From assembly GCA_001929475.1 (NCBI GenBank), contig LXFE01002252.1, positions 1 through 61,905 on the forward strand: 61,905 bases of DNA. The letters are read 5' to 3'. The notes under the pieces were generated by a model. The model was not told the origin of the DNA and did no database searches. It worked only from the letters and a program-made list of their open reading frames with translations. The DNA comes from Neolecta irregularis DAH-3. Taxonomy: Eukaryota. Position numbers and translations under genes: made by a program. Positions 1 to 12,380 of the stretch are shown here, one piece after another. Numbering within the stretch: the stretch's first letter is position 1; every line of letters starts with the position of its first letter.

Positions 1-689
1 GGAGGAAGAAGAGCGAACAGCAGGCCATTTTATAGATTTTGGACTCGAGAATTGACTGCAATGTGACAGATGAAGGCGGTTTTCAGGAATGTCAAAGTTC
101 AAAAGAACATGGAAGCAGGCAAAGAGAAAAGATATGTTCCAAGCCATCGGAAGTGGTGTGATGGCCTGATTAAGGGCGGCGTGGCGTTTTGGCACTTCAG
201 CACAATGTAGTGTGAAGAATGAGTTCATCCATTCCAGACGATCAATGCAAGAATCAAATGATACGATGATTCAACTCAGATCATAAACAGAAAATCTAAG
301 AATGTATCCTCCAGATACACCGTACCAATACGGCAAGAGGCGTGGAATCAGAAGCTTGTGGTGGACCTTTTGTTGGGTGTTATGAATTCTGGACTGTTCC
401 CATGTGAATACGACATTTGAAGGTAGTATTTTTGGTAAAGTCTTGCTGAATCATACGTGTCTTTTTTCACCTAGAAAGCAGGGCCCTTTATCAATATTAT
501 CGTAGTGTAATAGTCTACTATCGATCTGTCCGTCAGCGTCTCCCGGTTACTTTGATCATTTTCGTAACAGTTAGTCTGTTAACAAAGTCCTTCCGGTTGT
601 CCTTGTACTCGTTCTGCTGGCAATGGTCAAAATTGAACAGTTACCATGACATAACTTCAACGTCAAACATGTGTGCTTTGGTTACTGCT

Positions 690-1691
690 CTAGAACCTGT
701 TTTCTGTGATCCGCAACTCGTCAACCTTATTTGCCAGTTGATCCTCGAGAATATACTGCCTCAGAACAACACCTCCTTCTCTAAGAATCCTCGCAGCCGT
801 TCTATCGACTGTATATTCGATGTTATAAACAACCTCCCTGACGCCTGTCTGCACAATCTTGACAGAACAAGTGATGCATGGACAAGTATCACAATAAATC
901 ACTGCACCTGAAATTCTTTCCTGTCCGGCTTCAAGTAAAGCATTCTCCTCGGCGTGAAGGCAAAAGCAATTTCCCAGGCCTTGTCCAGATCCTATTCCTG
1001 AGTTGCAGCGTTCACAGCCCCCTTCGTTGCAATTCTTTATATTACGAGGCGTTCCATTGTATCCCGTTGCGATCACGCGGTTGTTTGAAACAAGAACACA
1101 GCCTACACGCCTTTTCATACAATTCGAACGCTGCGAAGCAAGATGAGCTAGTTTCATGAAATATGTATCCCAGTTTGGACGCAAGCGAGTAGTTAACCGT
1201 AAATCCAGTACATCGAGATGAATACGCAGAGATGGAATGGTAGAATAGGTATTTAAAATATGCAAGGGTGATGAATGAAAGAGTTGAGCGATTCCAGTTT
1301 TAGGCTTGTAAAGATTTTCATCGGACAATGAGAGGAAATTCTCGAGAGATATAGTGTTGGAGTATCTATGGAATTAAAGCATGATGGGGCATAGAAGGTA
1401 CTTTGACTTGTATCTTTGATATCGTAATAAAACAGGACCATCAACAGTGACCAACAAAAAGAATGGCCGCTTTGAATATTTCTCGACAAGTTCTTTGTTG
1501 TCTAAATCCGTTGTAACAAAGTTTTGTCTCCATTTTGTCGTAACGTAATGAAGTAGTTCGGCTGGGGACGAGAAACTATTATGTTCAGACGAAATGGAAA
1601 GGTAAAGACGGGTGAATGAATGAACTTGTTCGAGATAAGACGCAATCTCCGACCGGCCTGAACAGAGAGATCCAGTTACCCCGATAAACAT
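690..1691 (-). CDS. DCD1: dCMP deaminase with fungal N-terminal P-loop-like domain (2 exons, intron about 1366-1401)
   Basis: RSNCMKRRVG, ATGYNGTP, HAEENAL and PCITC zinc-deaminase motifs; upstream exon MFIGVTGSLCSG joined through a GT..TAG intron. Confidence 0.93.
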
Positions 1692-2340
1692 TATCACGTA
1701 CAAAAGATAAAGTGAAATTTAAAGGGATCCGCACGATTTTTTGATTTTGAATAATATACTGTCTCGTGAGATCAAGAGTCCAAGACCTCTTAACCATATC
1801 GATGTCCAAATTGGGCTTAACGTCATATAGACTACAAATATATGTCGAATAATATCTTTGAAAGGTTTTCAGAGGAGTCTGTAGAAGGCTTGTAGCGTTT
1901 CTCTATCGTAGACAATTTCTGTTTTGCACAGAAATTGTAAATGATAACCAGTCCGTATAAATCTCGACATTTTCTACAGGATTTTGCTGTAGGAAATTTA
2001 CTTTCTTAAAAAGGATATATGTACATTTATGCTTAACGAAGTAATGTGTTTCTCCTTGCACTATGCATTTGTTTTTCTTGGAGCCAGAAAGCGTACCATG
2101 AGATAGACATACAAGTTGGCTAACACCAGCTAGGGAAGACGCGATTTATTTTTTGGGATTGGGCGAAACAGCCAAACCCCTTTTTACAAGCAAACCACAA
2201 TTTACAAGTTAGACCATTGTACAACGATGAGTCGATTCACAAGGTTTTCACCTAAATACACAAAGATCCGGTTCTAATGCAGCCCAAATCCCCTGGCACA
2301 AAAGTATAGCAGAAAAGCCAAATCACAATTGGAAGCAGAT

Positions 2341-4615
2341 TTAGAGATTCTTCTTCCCACGATTTCTTATTTTCTGAACTCGGGTCTCCAATTTCCTGAA
2401 AAGCTTTTTCTTCAAAAACAAGGCTTGCCTCTGGGCAATCTTGAGGTTTTCACGCTCAACCATAAGAATATTATTCCATGCTTTTCTTGTGTTTTCGGAG
2501 AGGTGAAGTCCTTTGGCAAGCTCAACGGGATATCGAGCTAGCATTGATGCAGAACTGTACTTGTGATCGAGTTCTTTAACCGCGTTTTCAAGATCGTGAA
2601 GGGTAAGGGATACTTGTTTCGATGCTACTTTTAAAATTTTCTCGATCTCGTCGGGAAGAAAGTCTAGGTTTGAACCGTTGGACACTCTTTCAAAAAGTTT
2701 GCGTCTCGATGCAAAACCTTTGACAGAATTGAGAAGCCTTTGAGGGGCGAAGATGTCTATATTTAACTCTCGATGATCTCCAACACTCGAGAAGACTTGA
2801 TCAACGAAGCTTCTATACGGACCCCACGCCTCGGCTTGCTGCTTGATACTTTGTTCATTCATTTCTACTTTTTGATCTTCCAGCCCACGTTGAGGCTCAT
2901 TTACATTCGTCTCTATCACATCTAGCGTTGAAACTTCGGTAAGTTTTGAATCTCTGGACTTTTTATCCGCCTCAAATTGACGAAAGTCAATCGTTATATC
3001 GCCACGTATAAACGGTGCAAACTGAGAATCAGTTTTGAATCTCAGTATACCACGTTTCCATTCTTCTGGAATAATAAACTTCCAAATGAGAGGATGCGTA
3101 ACAGGTTCAATGTCCCTATTATGAATTATTTCATCATTGCGGAGCCAAATAGTCTTGAGCTTTTGCAAGGCACAAATAGGGACTTCTTTCGGGCAATCCA
3201 TAATTATAGCCGAATTTTCCTGATGAAAGACTAGTGTCGGTTGGTATTCGATGGCATCTTCGATTACTGGAGATGCCGGAGGTTTTAGCGATGCTGGACC
3301 CTGAAATTCCCTAAGAAACTTCTCAACATTGACTAAAAGCAAAATGACCAAGACCAGCGCAAGGATGATTTTGGACATGGTCCGGCGTGTCGCTGCCATC
3401 TTCTAAGATAATTAGTACAGTGATACGTAGAGCACCCACTGCGCTCATCTTTTCATTTTGTTTGTTCTTATTTTTTCCAATAGCATACGTAAGCCTTTGG
3501 CCAAAATCAACAGCGTCTAAGTTTTGGAAATTCTCTAACGTAATACACGATTGAATTTTCTTACAACCTCCGTTGCCATTCAAGTTATTTTTAATAGGAG
3601 CATTGAAAGTGACAAATTGATCAGTAGCTATGTCCGATAACGAGGATTGAAATGAAAGGGGAGTTTCTCCAATATATAGCAATGGAACTGAACTGTCATA
3701 CGCAAACCCCAAAATACGTTCTCGAATAGCCATTGAGAAATCTTGAGCTTCGTTTGTCACGATTATAAGATCAGGAACAAAGTTCTCTGATGGAAAGACT
3801 GAAGGGATGGATGTCGTTGATGAGGGTGGATCTTCGCCCATATTGATTTCGGAGTCAATATTTAGCTTGTCTCTGGGCCCAGGTAGAAGGAATCCTTTTA
3901 CTATATGCACTGCCGGCCGAAGTCCCGACTCTTCGACGAATCCGGCTTGGGGCTCTTTAAGGAAATTGGTCAACACGATGACGTTGATACGTTGATCATC
4001 GCCACGCATCAACATCTTTTTATCGTAATAAGCGGATTGAAATTCCCATAGACTTGAATGGATCTTACTGATGATGGAGTATAAGTACTTGAGGTTTCCC
4101 ACGTATAGGATTTGGATGGCTTGATCCGGGTTGATGACGTAAGATATTTCAGATCCCCTATCGGACACGCAGGTAATATTCGAAGACATAGTTCCTGCGG
4201 CCTTGATGCCATCTTGAGCGTGAATGGGATCGAGTGGTCTGCTCTGTGTTTTCATCTCACCCGGAAAGCATACTTGTTGCTGGGATGAGCACAGAGAACC
4301 TGATTTGATGGACTCTGAAACGGCCGACAAAGACATTTGAAGTGTCTGATCGCTGTAAACGCTATCATCGCCAACCTGGGACAGCGGGTACACTAGGCCA
4401 TGATAGTTCACTGCTGTATCCTCCTCATCTGAAGAATCAAGCTCAGAAGACGAGATGTCATTTGCCGAGAGGGATTCTTTTGAGATAACGTCGTAGTCTT
4501 CATCATTGAGACTGCTGATATCGCTTGGATCGCTTTCGAGAGAAATGCTATGCAAAGATTCGCGAGACCCTTTCGCAGACAGCATCTCAAAGTCAGCCAC
4601 GCAGTAGTAAGCCAT
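2341..4615 (-). CDS. uncharacterised single-pass membrane protein, about 745 aa (two ORFs joined by intron 3403-3439)
   Basis: Phase-0 intron GTGGGT..CTAAT..TTAG joins ORFs 3323-4624 and 2341-3399 in frame; acidic/Ser-rich N-terminus, TM IILALVLVILLLVNV, helical C-terminus. Confidence 0.75.
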
Positions 4616-4947
4616 ACTGTTCAAGATGGATTTATAAATAGTAGCACAATTCAGGTGGGGCTTTGGGAAGTGCTATTGCAAAAATAGGGTCAAAATGCCA
4701 GCAGAGGATTGGTCTTGAGACTTTAAAGTGAATGGATAGATGGATCAGGTTATCGCTGTTATTCAGTCTGCGCCCCACACCACATGCTGATGTTTGCAAT
4801 ATACAAGGTGCATCGGTAGTCTACTCTGCTATTCTGCTGCGCATACTTTGTCCGTGAAATATTTACAATCGACCGATATATTGCAGGCCGGGTTTTCTCG
4901 GATCTTAGGCAAGGCACAAGGCTATTGATTGCCAGTTTCCACCAAAT

Positions 4948-6258
4948 ATGTCCTCCGTGAAGTCCCTGCTGGTTGATATATCTGCTGGGAGTCTTGCGGC
5001 ATGTGGAGCGGTTTGTTTATCCGGATCATGGGGATTGGGCAAACTGATAGCCTAGGTCACCCTGACGAACCCCTTTGAGGTTGTTAAAATTCGCCTGCAG
5101 TTGCAAGGGGAATTGGTGAAAGAAGGGCAGGCAAGGAAATCATACACAGGTGTCTTCCAGGCATTACGGGTTATCGCGAAATATGAAGGTTTCAGAGCAT
5201 GGCAAAAAGGACTAGGCATCGCGGTATATCATGAGATTTGCGCTTTTCTTACTTTGGCAAGTATGTCTACCAGATCGCGTTGAATGGTTGTCGGTTGGGC
5301 CTATACGAACCTGTGAGAGGGGGTTTGACTCGTATGATTACCGGTTCTGCGCATCAGAATGTGATGTCAATCAGTATGATCCTAAATTGAAAGCTACATC
5401 ACACTTTTAGACATGTTTTCAGGTACTTGAAACCTCTTAAAGTGGCGTCTAACATCAATTGAGGCGCAATTTGTGGGATTCTAGGAGGTAGGTTTCGTTC
5501 GTAGGATTGAATTAACGGAAAAGCATGTATAGGTTCACCATTCTTTTTGATCAAAACTCGTCTTCAGTCGCATTCTCCCATTTTCACAGAGGTTGGAACA
5601 CAACACATTTACAAAGGGCCATTGAATGCATTCCAATCCATATGGAAACAGGAAGGGATAAAGGGATTATATCGAGGTTGATTCCAGAACAATTCATCCT
5701 GATCAATACAGGAATGGATGCAGCTTTACTTCGAACAGGAGCTGGATCTTCAGTCCAGTTGGTTGTCGTTGCATATTTTCGAGCTAATATGTAGCCTTCC
5801 TATAATTTTGCTAAACGCCAATTGTATTTCATGGATGACGGGCCACCAAAACATCTCCTTGCTAGCGCCTTTAGTGGCTTTGGGGTTTGTTGCGTAATGC
5901 ACCCTTTCGACGTGGTAATGACTCGAATGTACAACCAAAAGGGTACTTTGGAGGTTATCCCGGGAGAAATTCTTCTAGCTCCAGCTAATGCTAGTAAAGC
6001 TCCAGAATTCAAGGTCAAGCATGGGTTTAGTGCAGGTGGAACGCTATATAAAACTCCCTTAGATTGTCTTGTTAAGACTATCAAGTTCGAAGGGCCGATT
6101 GCATTATATAAAGGGTTCTCAAGCCATTTGCCTAGGATTGTTATTCATACCGTCTTGACTTTGACTTTGATGGAACAGGTATGTATTCCTTCTACAAGAG
6201 GGCTGTTTACAAGTAGACAATGAAGTTGATGAGCAGTATCGCAGATCGTGTATACTGA
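4948..6258 (+). CDS. OAC1: mitochondrial oxaloacetate/sulfate carrier (SLC25), multi-exon
   Basis: Carrier motifs NPFEVVKIRLQLQGEL, GSPFFLIKTRLQS, HPFDVVMTRMYNQ; LRTGAGSSVQL typical of Oac1. Confidence 0.88.
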
Positions 6259-6385
6259 GATAATGGGTTGATTTAGATGGCGTAGATGTTATTCCATAAT
6301 ATAAGATCACAAACTAATAGTGACAAGCCTCTTTGAGCCATTGTTACAGAATACTTTTTGCTGCAATATGAGAACAAGTGTCATT

Positions 6386-6514
6386 GGTAAAGGGTGGCTT
6401 GACGGTGTATGAAGGCGGAAGTTAGATATTCCTAGCCAAATACGAATACTTAGGCTAGGTATGTCCCTTTGTAAGAAGTTCGAATACTTAGGCTAGTTGT
6501 AACACTTGGTCTTA
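6386..6514 (+). repeat. dispersed repeat copy A (possible mobile-element relic) with internal 16-bp duplication
   Basis: 6419-6456 matches the reverse complement of 14167-14204 at 37/38 nt with flanking similarity; cgaatacttaggctag occurs at 6443 and 6481. Confidence 0.8.
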
Positions 6515-6836
6515 TCGTACTTCTAAGCGCATAGCTTACAAAAATAAAAATCATCTCTATACAAATGTGGAAATCGAGACTGTTTTGAAATGCGCATTGT
6601 GTGGAACGGTATTCTGTTTAATTAGTGTTGCTGCAGATAAGAATATTGTCGTAATGTAACGGCCTTATAAGTATGTGATTCGATGTATCTATATATCCCA
6701 TGTCGATGAATTAATCACCTTCGACAATGCTTCGCCCCAGTTGACTTCGTGGAGTTTCCTGAATCACCTCCACTAAAGATTGGTTCTTTCTTTTAAGACA
6801 TCAATCCCGCCATCTTCATTTCCTTCCAAAGTCACA

Positions 6837-9358
6837 ATGACAAGTACCGCATATCAGGAATCGCCAGCTTATAACCCAGTTCGCGGTCTCGATGCTCTGA
6901 TCACGAGCACTCGATGCGCAGTCCAGCATCCCATGTCTGCTCTAAAAGGCCTCAAGATAGGCATAGATGCCGCTCTTTTTATCCGGAAAACTGTAGCCAG
7001 CGGATTAATGAAAGAAAGCCTTTGCTCAGTAGTCGGTGGATACCCGATTACTATTACGACTAGGATCCACCAAGAACTGGAACAATTAATGTCATATGAT
7101 ATTGAAATGGTCTTTGTTTTCAATGGCATCGATAAAAATAGACACGAGCAAGGTCTTCATGCGGATAAAGGTCTCGCAATGCGCAGAGCTCAGGCCTGGG
7201 ATATGATTGAAAAGGGGAAAGTCGCCGAAGCGCATAAGGAATTAAATTTGACGGGTATATAGTCCGGGGTTCAAACCTCTAATTCTTTAAGGCCAGTTCA
7301 AAATGTCAGATTTTGATCATCTTTTTATCGAGATCCTTCGAGCAAGGAGTATAGACTTTATCGTTGCTCCATACTCTTCTTTGGCCCAGGTGCGAATTGT
7401 TAGCGGTATGCCTGCTAATAAGGAAGCTTCTTTACCTGGAGAAAACAGGATATATTGAAGCTGTCTATGCTCCCCCGGAAACTCTCTGTTACGGCGACAT
7501 TTACGAGAAACAAGGTGATTTCGACCTTTCGAGGATTATTTACAGTCTCCAACCACGAGATAATAGATTTTACATACTTGATAAAGGAATGCTCAGAAGC
7601 GAGATGGGGAACGTTACTACCGAACAATTTGTCGATATTTGTGTGCTTTCTGGTTTCGATCTGATTCCAACAAATCCTCTTCTCGAACCAGGCTCTGGCA
7701 ACCAAAATCAATACACAATCCGAGGTTCCATTGAATGGGTTCGGCATTGGCAGAGCGGAATCAACGCGCTTCTGAATCATCCTGAAGATCCCAACGGGAA
7801 GTCTGCTGGATTTACAGACATCTTCAAGAAGGCTCGAACAGGACTCGCATATGCCGTCGTTCTTTACGAAGATGGAAGAGTTCAACCTTTGCCTTTGAAA
7901 GCAGAGTTTCCTTCTGATATCCACGAAATCCTTGGGACACAGCTTCCTGAAGAAATGTACTTCTATTTATCTCGCGGGCTTCTCGGAAGTCATATTTTGA
8001 ACGCGATTGTTTCCGGAAAGGTTACTGAAACACTCCCTGCAGATGGCGATAGCCCGGAATTTCGAAGATTGTTGAATGACCTAACAGACATTAGGGCCCA
8101 ATGTCTAGGACTGATCTGCCAACCAATAGCTAGATACTATCATCATCAAAAAATGGTATAGCATACCCCCGATATTGCTGACAAGGAGATCATCGTTTAT
8201 TGGTATGATACGGCGAAGTCAGTTGACATCACATTCAGTAATGAACTATCTCTATATGCGAATCGGCTGGCATCATGGACCGTTGAAGATGAGCTAATCA
8301 AAGAAGAATTGGTGCGTCAAGAGGCATAGTTCTCTCTGGGTCGAATACTGATGCTATAGAACTCAAAGGTCGACCTAACTTTCCTACTTAACTTGGTTTA
8401 TTTCGAGAATAACGCTGCCAGAACCATTGAGAAGAGAACAGATAAACCGGCAAGTGTTAAGGTTTAATTTAAAGTTGACGGCTTAGCTTCTATCGTCTTT
8501 CGATGAAATATTTTCCAGCGTTATCCTCCGTTTACTAGATTGCCGTGGATACGTTGACGCGAAGCATAAACTCACTCCATGGGGACAAGCTCTAGTTACC
8601 ACTTTGAACGCTCTCGAATCCCCGCATAATTTTGCGGATGGGGTGTTGATATTATTTGAATGCATTCGTCGTGGATTCATAAAACTGAGGGACAATATGC
8701 GTAAATTTCACGGCGCTCCTTCCCAGGGATCATGTGATTTTGAAATCTCTTTGAAATCACTGATATCCAGCTGCCGATCAGGAGTATGCCCTTCTGATCT
8801 GTCGAATTGCCTCTGTCCTTTCCGTTAGGCACAAAATCGTTCCTTGGACTGGGCCACTGAACAAAAATATGACACATTTTAATTCTCTTGTTAATGCAAT
8901 ACACAGGCATCTTAGAAATCTCACTGAAGTTGTTACTGTGTCTGCATTTATGAATGGAGATGTTCAAAGACTTGGCCGCAATGATGTGACTGACTTGGCT
9001 TTTCGGTATTCGAGGTCTAAGGTTTCCATAACTGATATTCAGGTTGCCTTTCTTACACCCAACCAATGCTTCAATGTCAGTTCTTCTAAAGCAGTGGTTT
9101 GATGAAGTTGCGATAAACAAGACCGATGCGAGAATGAAGATTGAACAAGGGTTTGCTGGAATTATCGACCTTGATGCAGAGTTTGCTAAAGTCACTAGAC
9201 TTTGGGACGCGGTATGCTTGATACAATCTAATATCATGCTTATATTTCTGCAGATTGTTAAGGGCCTCAAAGAAGGAGAGAGACAGAGTGTTGTGAACAA
9301 ATCCATCATGGAAGATTTCGTAAAAGCTGATGTTTGGTTTAAGGAGCGGAGGTTGTAA
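6837..9358 (+). CDS. MKT1: Mkt1, XPG/PIN-like post-transcriptional regulator, multi-exon
   Basis: LKGLKIGIDA, FVFNGID, VAPYSSLAQL, FVDICVLSG, PSDIHEILGTQLPEEMYFYLSRGL, LLDCRGYV, WTGPL motifs. Confidence 0.9.
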
Positions 9359-9503
9359 CACATAGAGGCCGTGCTTCATTCTTCGGTTCGTGCTGTTTCC
9401 AAGGAAATTATCTATAAATACTGAACATCACCAACTTGTTTCCCAACATCTTCAGACTCAATTACATCTTTTCCACCAATCATTCCTCCTGTCGTCTCCC
9501 ACT

Positions 9504-10811
9504 ATGACTGCTGCTGAATTACAACATAGTATCAATGCAAGCGGTAGAGTCATTTTATATTATACTACTAATACGTCAGATATAACAGTGGAGCTGGAAT
9601 GCATAGAACCAAATACTCAACCCTTGATCATATCTAACGAAGGACTTTCTGGAAAAGTCAAAATGCAGATGCCTGAGCTTGTTCAAGAGTGGAAAATCAC
9701 ATCTACCAAGCTTTGGCTTGGAGGAGCCATAAAGATTGGGAAGAAAACATCCATTGTATATGCATTCCTTCCCAAGACTTTAACCTCTAATTCAAGTTTT
9801 TTGACAAAGCTATATGGTCACTGACGGAAGAAACCCCGCAATCTCCGAATAACTACCAATGTTCCTTTTTCAATGTAATTGTTCCTAGTAGAGTTTCTTT
9901 GGAGGATATCTGTCGAACCGATAGACTCCTTGAATCTCCGGCTTATTGGGCTACTTCCAAGGTTTCAAATACCCAGTGGGTAGAATATCTTCCATCATCA
10001 ACTTGCCGTTCTGATATTTCAATAGCGTATGTCTATCGATGATATGTGAGTGATTTTTGTAATGTCAAATAGCTACTACCTTTATCCCAGTATCACACGA
10101 GTAGACATGCGAGGAAATTCTCTTCCTGAATTACCAGGGCTTCCTCTCCAAGTTCATTATGCACAGACTCGACGACTTCAAGCCCATCAGACGGAGTTCC
10201 CAGCAAATTATCAAACATTCGACAAGGTGATCAGGAGTTCTATGCCCCACAAACATTCCTTGACTATTTCAGTTCACACAAATGCACCGTCTCCGATTTA
10301 CGCAGTCATTGGACGAGATGTCAACTTTACTTTCAAGGTAGATGGAAACTATCATATTGTAAAATGTCTTGCCGCTGAAATTAGTCTTTACCAAGTTCTC
10401 AGCTATCGATTTGACGTTGGTGGAATCTGGCAAACTTCAACTCGACGTTGTTCCACTACTTGCATTTCTGATGCCTTGTCAAATCCCAATGCAATTCCGG
10501 TCAGTTTATATATTTCTGAAGAATCTGTCGCAACATTCAAATTGAAAACCAGACACGATTGGGACATTGCCAATCATTACTATCTCGAGTTAAGAACCAA
10601 TGTACAGAGAGAAGGTCAACAAAGGACTTTGGGAAAGCCCTTTCCAAAGAAGGCATGTCACCTCCATTTCATATGTAATAACTGTGAAAAGACTGTGACA
10701 GGAAAACTTGAAATTGTGTTACTGAATGAAAACAGAGATCCGACAAAGCTTCTATCGTGGAAGAAAATTGCGGCGTTTCTTGAAGAAAAGCAGCACCCAA
10801 GCAGGAACTGA
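9504..10811 (+). CDS. divergent arrestin-fold-like protein (about 3 exons)
   Basis: Spliced model gives LSGKVKM, YLPSS..ISIAYYLYPSI and ANHYYLELR, resembling arrestin N/C strands; weak similarity. Confidence 0.5.
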
Positions 10812-11104
10812 GAAAGTAGGAGTTTTGCTTGTAAATTATAGAGTCCCTAGGCTACTTTCATATTCCATGAGGTAAAATAAAGTATGCTTTTTTAACAGCA
10901 GTTGATGGAAATGAAATGAATTCACACTGCAGTATTCCAGAACAGAATCCCATTTCCATCATCTTGCCGAACCCAAAATATTGTCGACATTACTCTATTT
11001 CCCAAAAACATACAGAGAAATGAGAAGAGGGACGCCATGCATCCATGCAGTGAACCTAACAAAGAGAAAAGGAAAAGCCCAGACCCCATAGAATGCACAA
11101 GTTT

Positions 11105-11907
11105 TCAAATGTAGATCTCAAACAGCCCCTTTGGCCCTGAGACAATCTTTTTGCAGTGGACAACCGGGCACTGGATTGATTTTGCGCCCTTTGCTTTTTC
11201 TGATTTGAACTTGGCAGCGCAGAGGCCGCAATAGACATGTCCGCATTTCCCTACAAAGACTGCTTTCTGGGCGGTATTGGTGTCACCATGGCTTCCGAGC
11301 TCGTGTGAACAAGAAGGACATGTGAGTGTTGAGTTCTCGTTGAAAGAGCGGGTATAGCCGAGCGCGGCAGGCGGGGGATTTTTGTAATCTGGAACTGTTG
11401 GTGATGGGATATAGGATGGGGGATACCATCAGCAACAGCCTGATAATTCATGTCTTCGGGGCCTGGAGGCCTAAAGAGCCCACCAAAGTGATAGGGCACA
11501 TGTCTGGATGAAACTGAAAATCCAGCAGCCACACTAAGATGAGGAAAATGACGACGGACGTCTTCTCCACGAGGGATACCGGTCAATGCATCGATTAGAT
11601 TCTGGGGGGCGGGGAAGTTTCTGAAGAAATGGTGTTGTGGAAGGGCTTGAGGAAACTGGATACCGAACCGGGGCGGTTCTCTGATGTTTTGTCGTTCTGG
11701 TATGGGCAGCCTCCGTGTTCCGGTGATGAAGATATCGTCAAACTGTGGTTCTCGAAGCACCGGACGCACTGGGGGAAGCGCATCTACGTCGATTATTTCG
11801 ACGCCGGACGGTGGCGGGCGAGGTCTGCGGTGCTGGTGTCTGTGCGGGCGCGCTGGTCTTGCAGGGCTGTCTATGCTTGTGAGGTCAATGAATACGGGCG
11901 CCGCCAT
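11105..11907 (-). CDS. SUMO-targeted ubiquitin ligase subunit, Rfp1/Slx5/RNF4-like (SIMs plus C-terminal RING)
   Basis: SIMs VFIDLT, VEIIDVD, DIFIT; after intron 11395-11426: GYTRSF..CPSC..KCGHVYCGLC..CPVVHC..LFEIYI*. Confidence 0.82.
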
Positions 11908-11912
11908 AACTC

Positions 11913-12003
11913 GCGAGGCGGATACCGGATACGAGGTGGATACTGGATACAAAGGCGAGGCGGATACCGGATACGAGGCGGATACCGGACACAAAGGCGA
12001 GGC
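11913..12003. repeat. 18/24-bp tandem minisatellite (gaggcggataccggatac, with or without aaaggc)
   Basis: About 4 copies read directly from the sequence. Confidence 0.9.
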
Positions 12004-12380
12004 TTGCAAAGAGTCAACTCCAAAAAAGAATACACCCTGTGGCAGTCCGGATATTCAGAGAATAAAAGGCGGGGCTACTGCTGGGCCGCACGACCTGAAG
12101 GGAACAATGCGGAAAACACACAAACCTGGATGACCGGGCATCATTTCCCACAAATTGGGCTCTGAGACCTCCGAAGCCCGAGGCCAACACAACTTGCAGG
12201 ACAGCGAGATCCTTGAACACTGCATGGCCATTTAAATAGATAAATTACTAGCCTGCATCATTAAAACACGCTTGCATAGCCTTTGCCTGCCACAAAAGCA
12301 GAAACACGACTGTCTTCAGAACAAAGTCGTCCATGGCCAACATTCAATCGAGATTTGGCGTACTTGTATTACTCAGACAT

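Noticed and set aside
11629..12165. Plus-strand ORFs with RGGYRI or EADTGY repeats
   Set aside because: By-products of the minisatellite and antisense to the RING ligase gene
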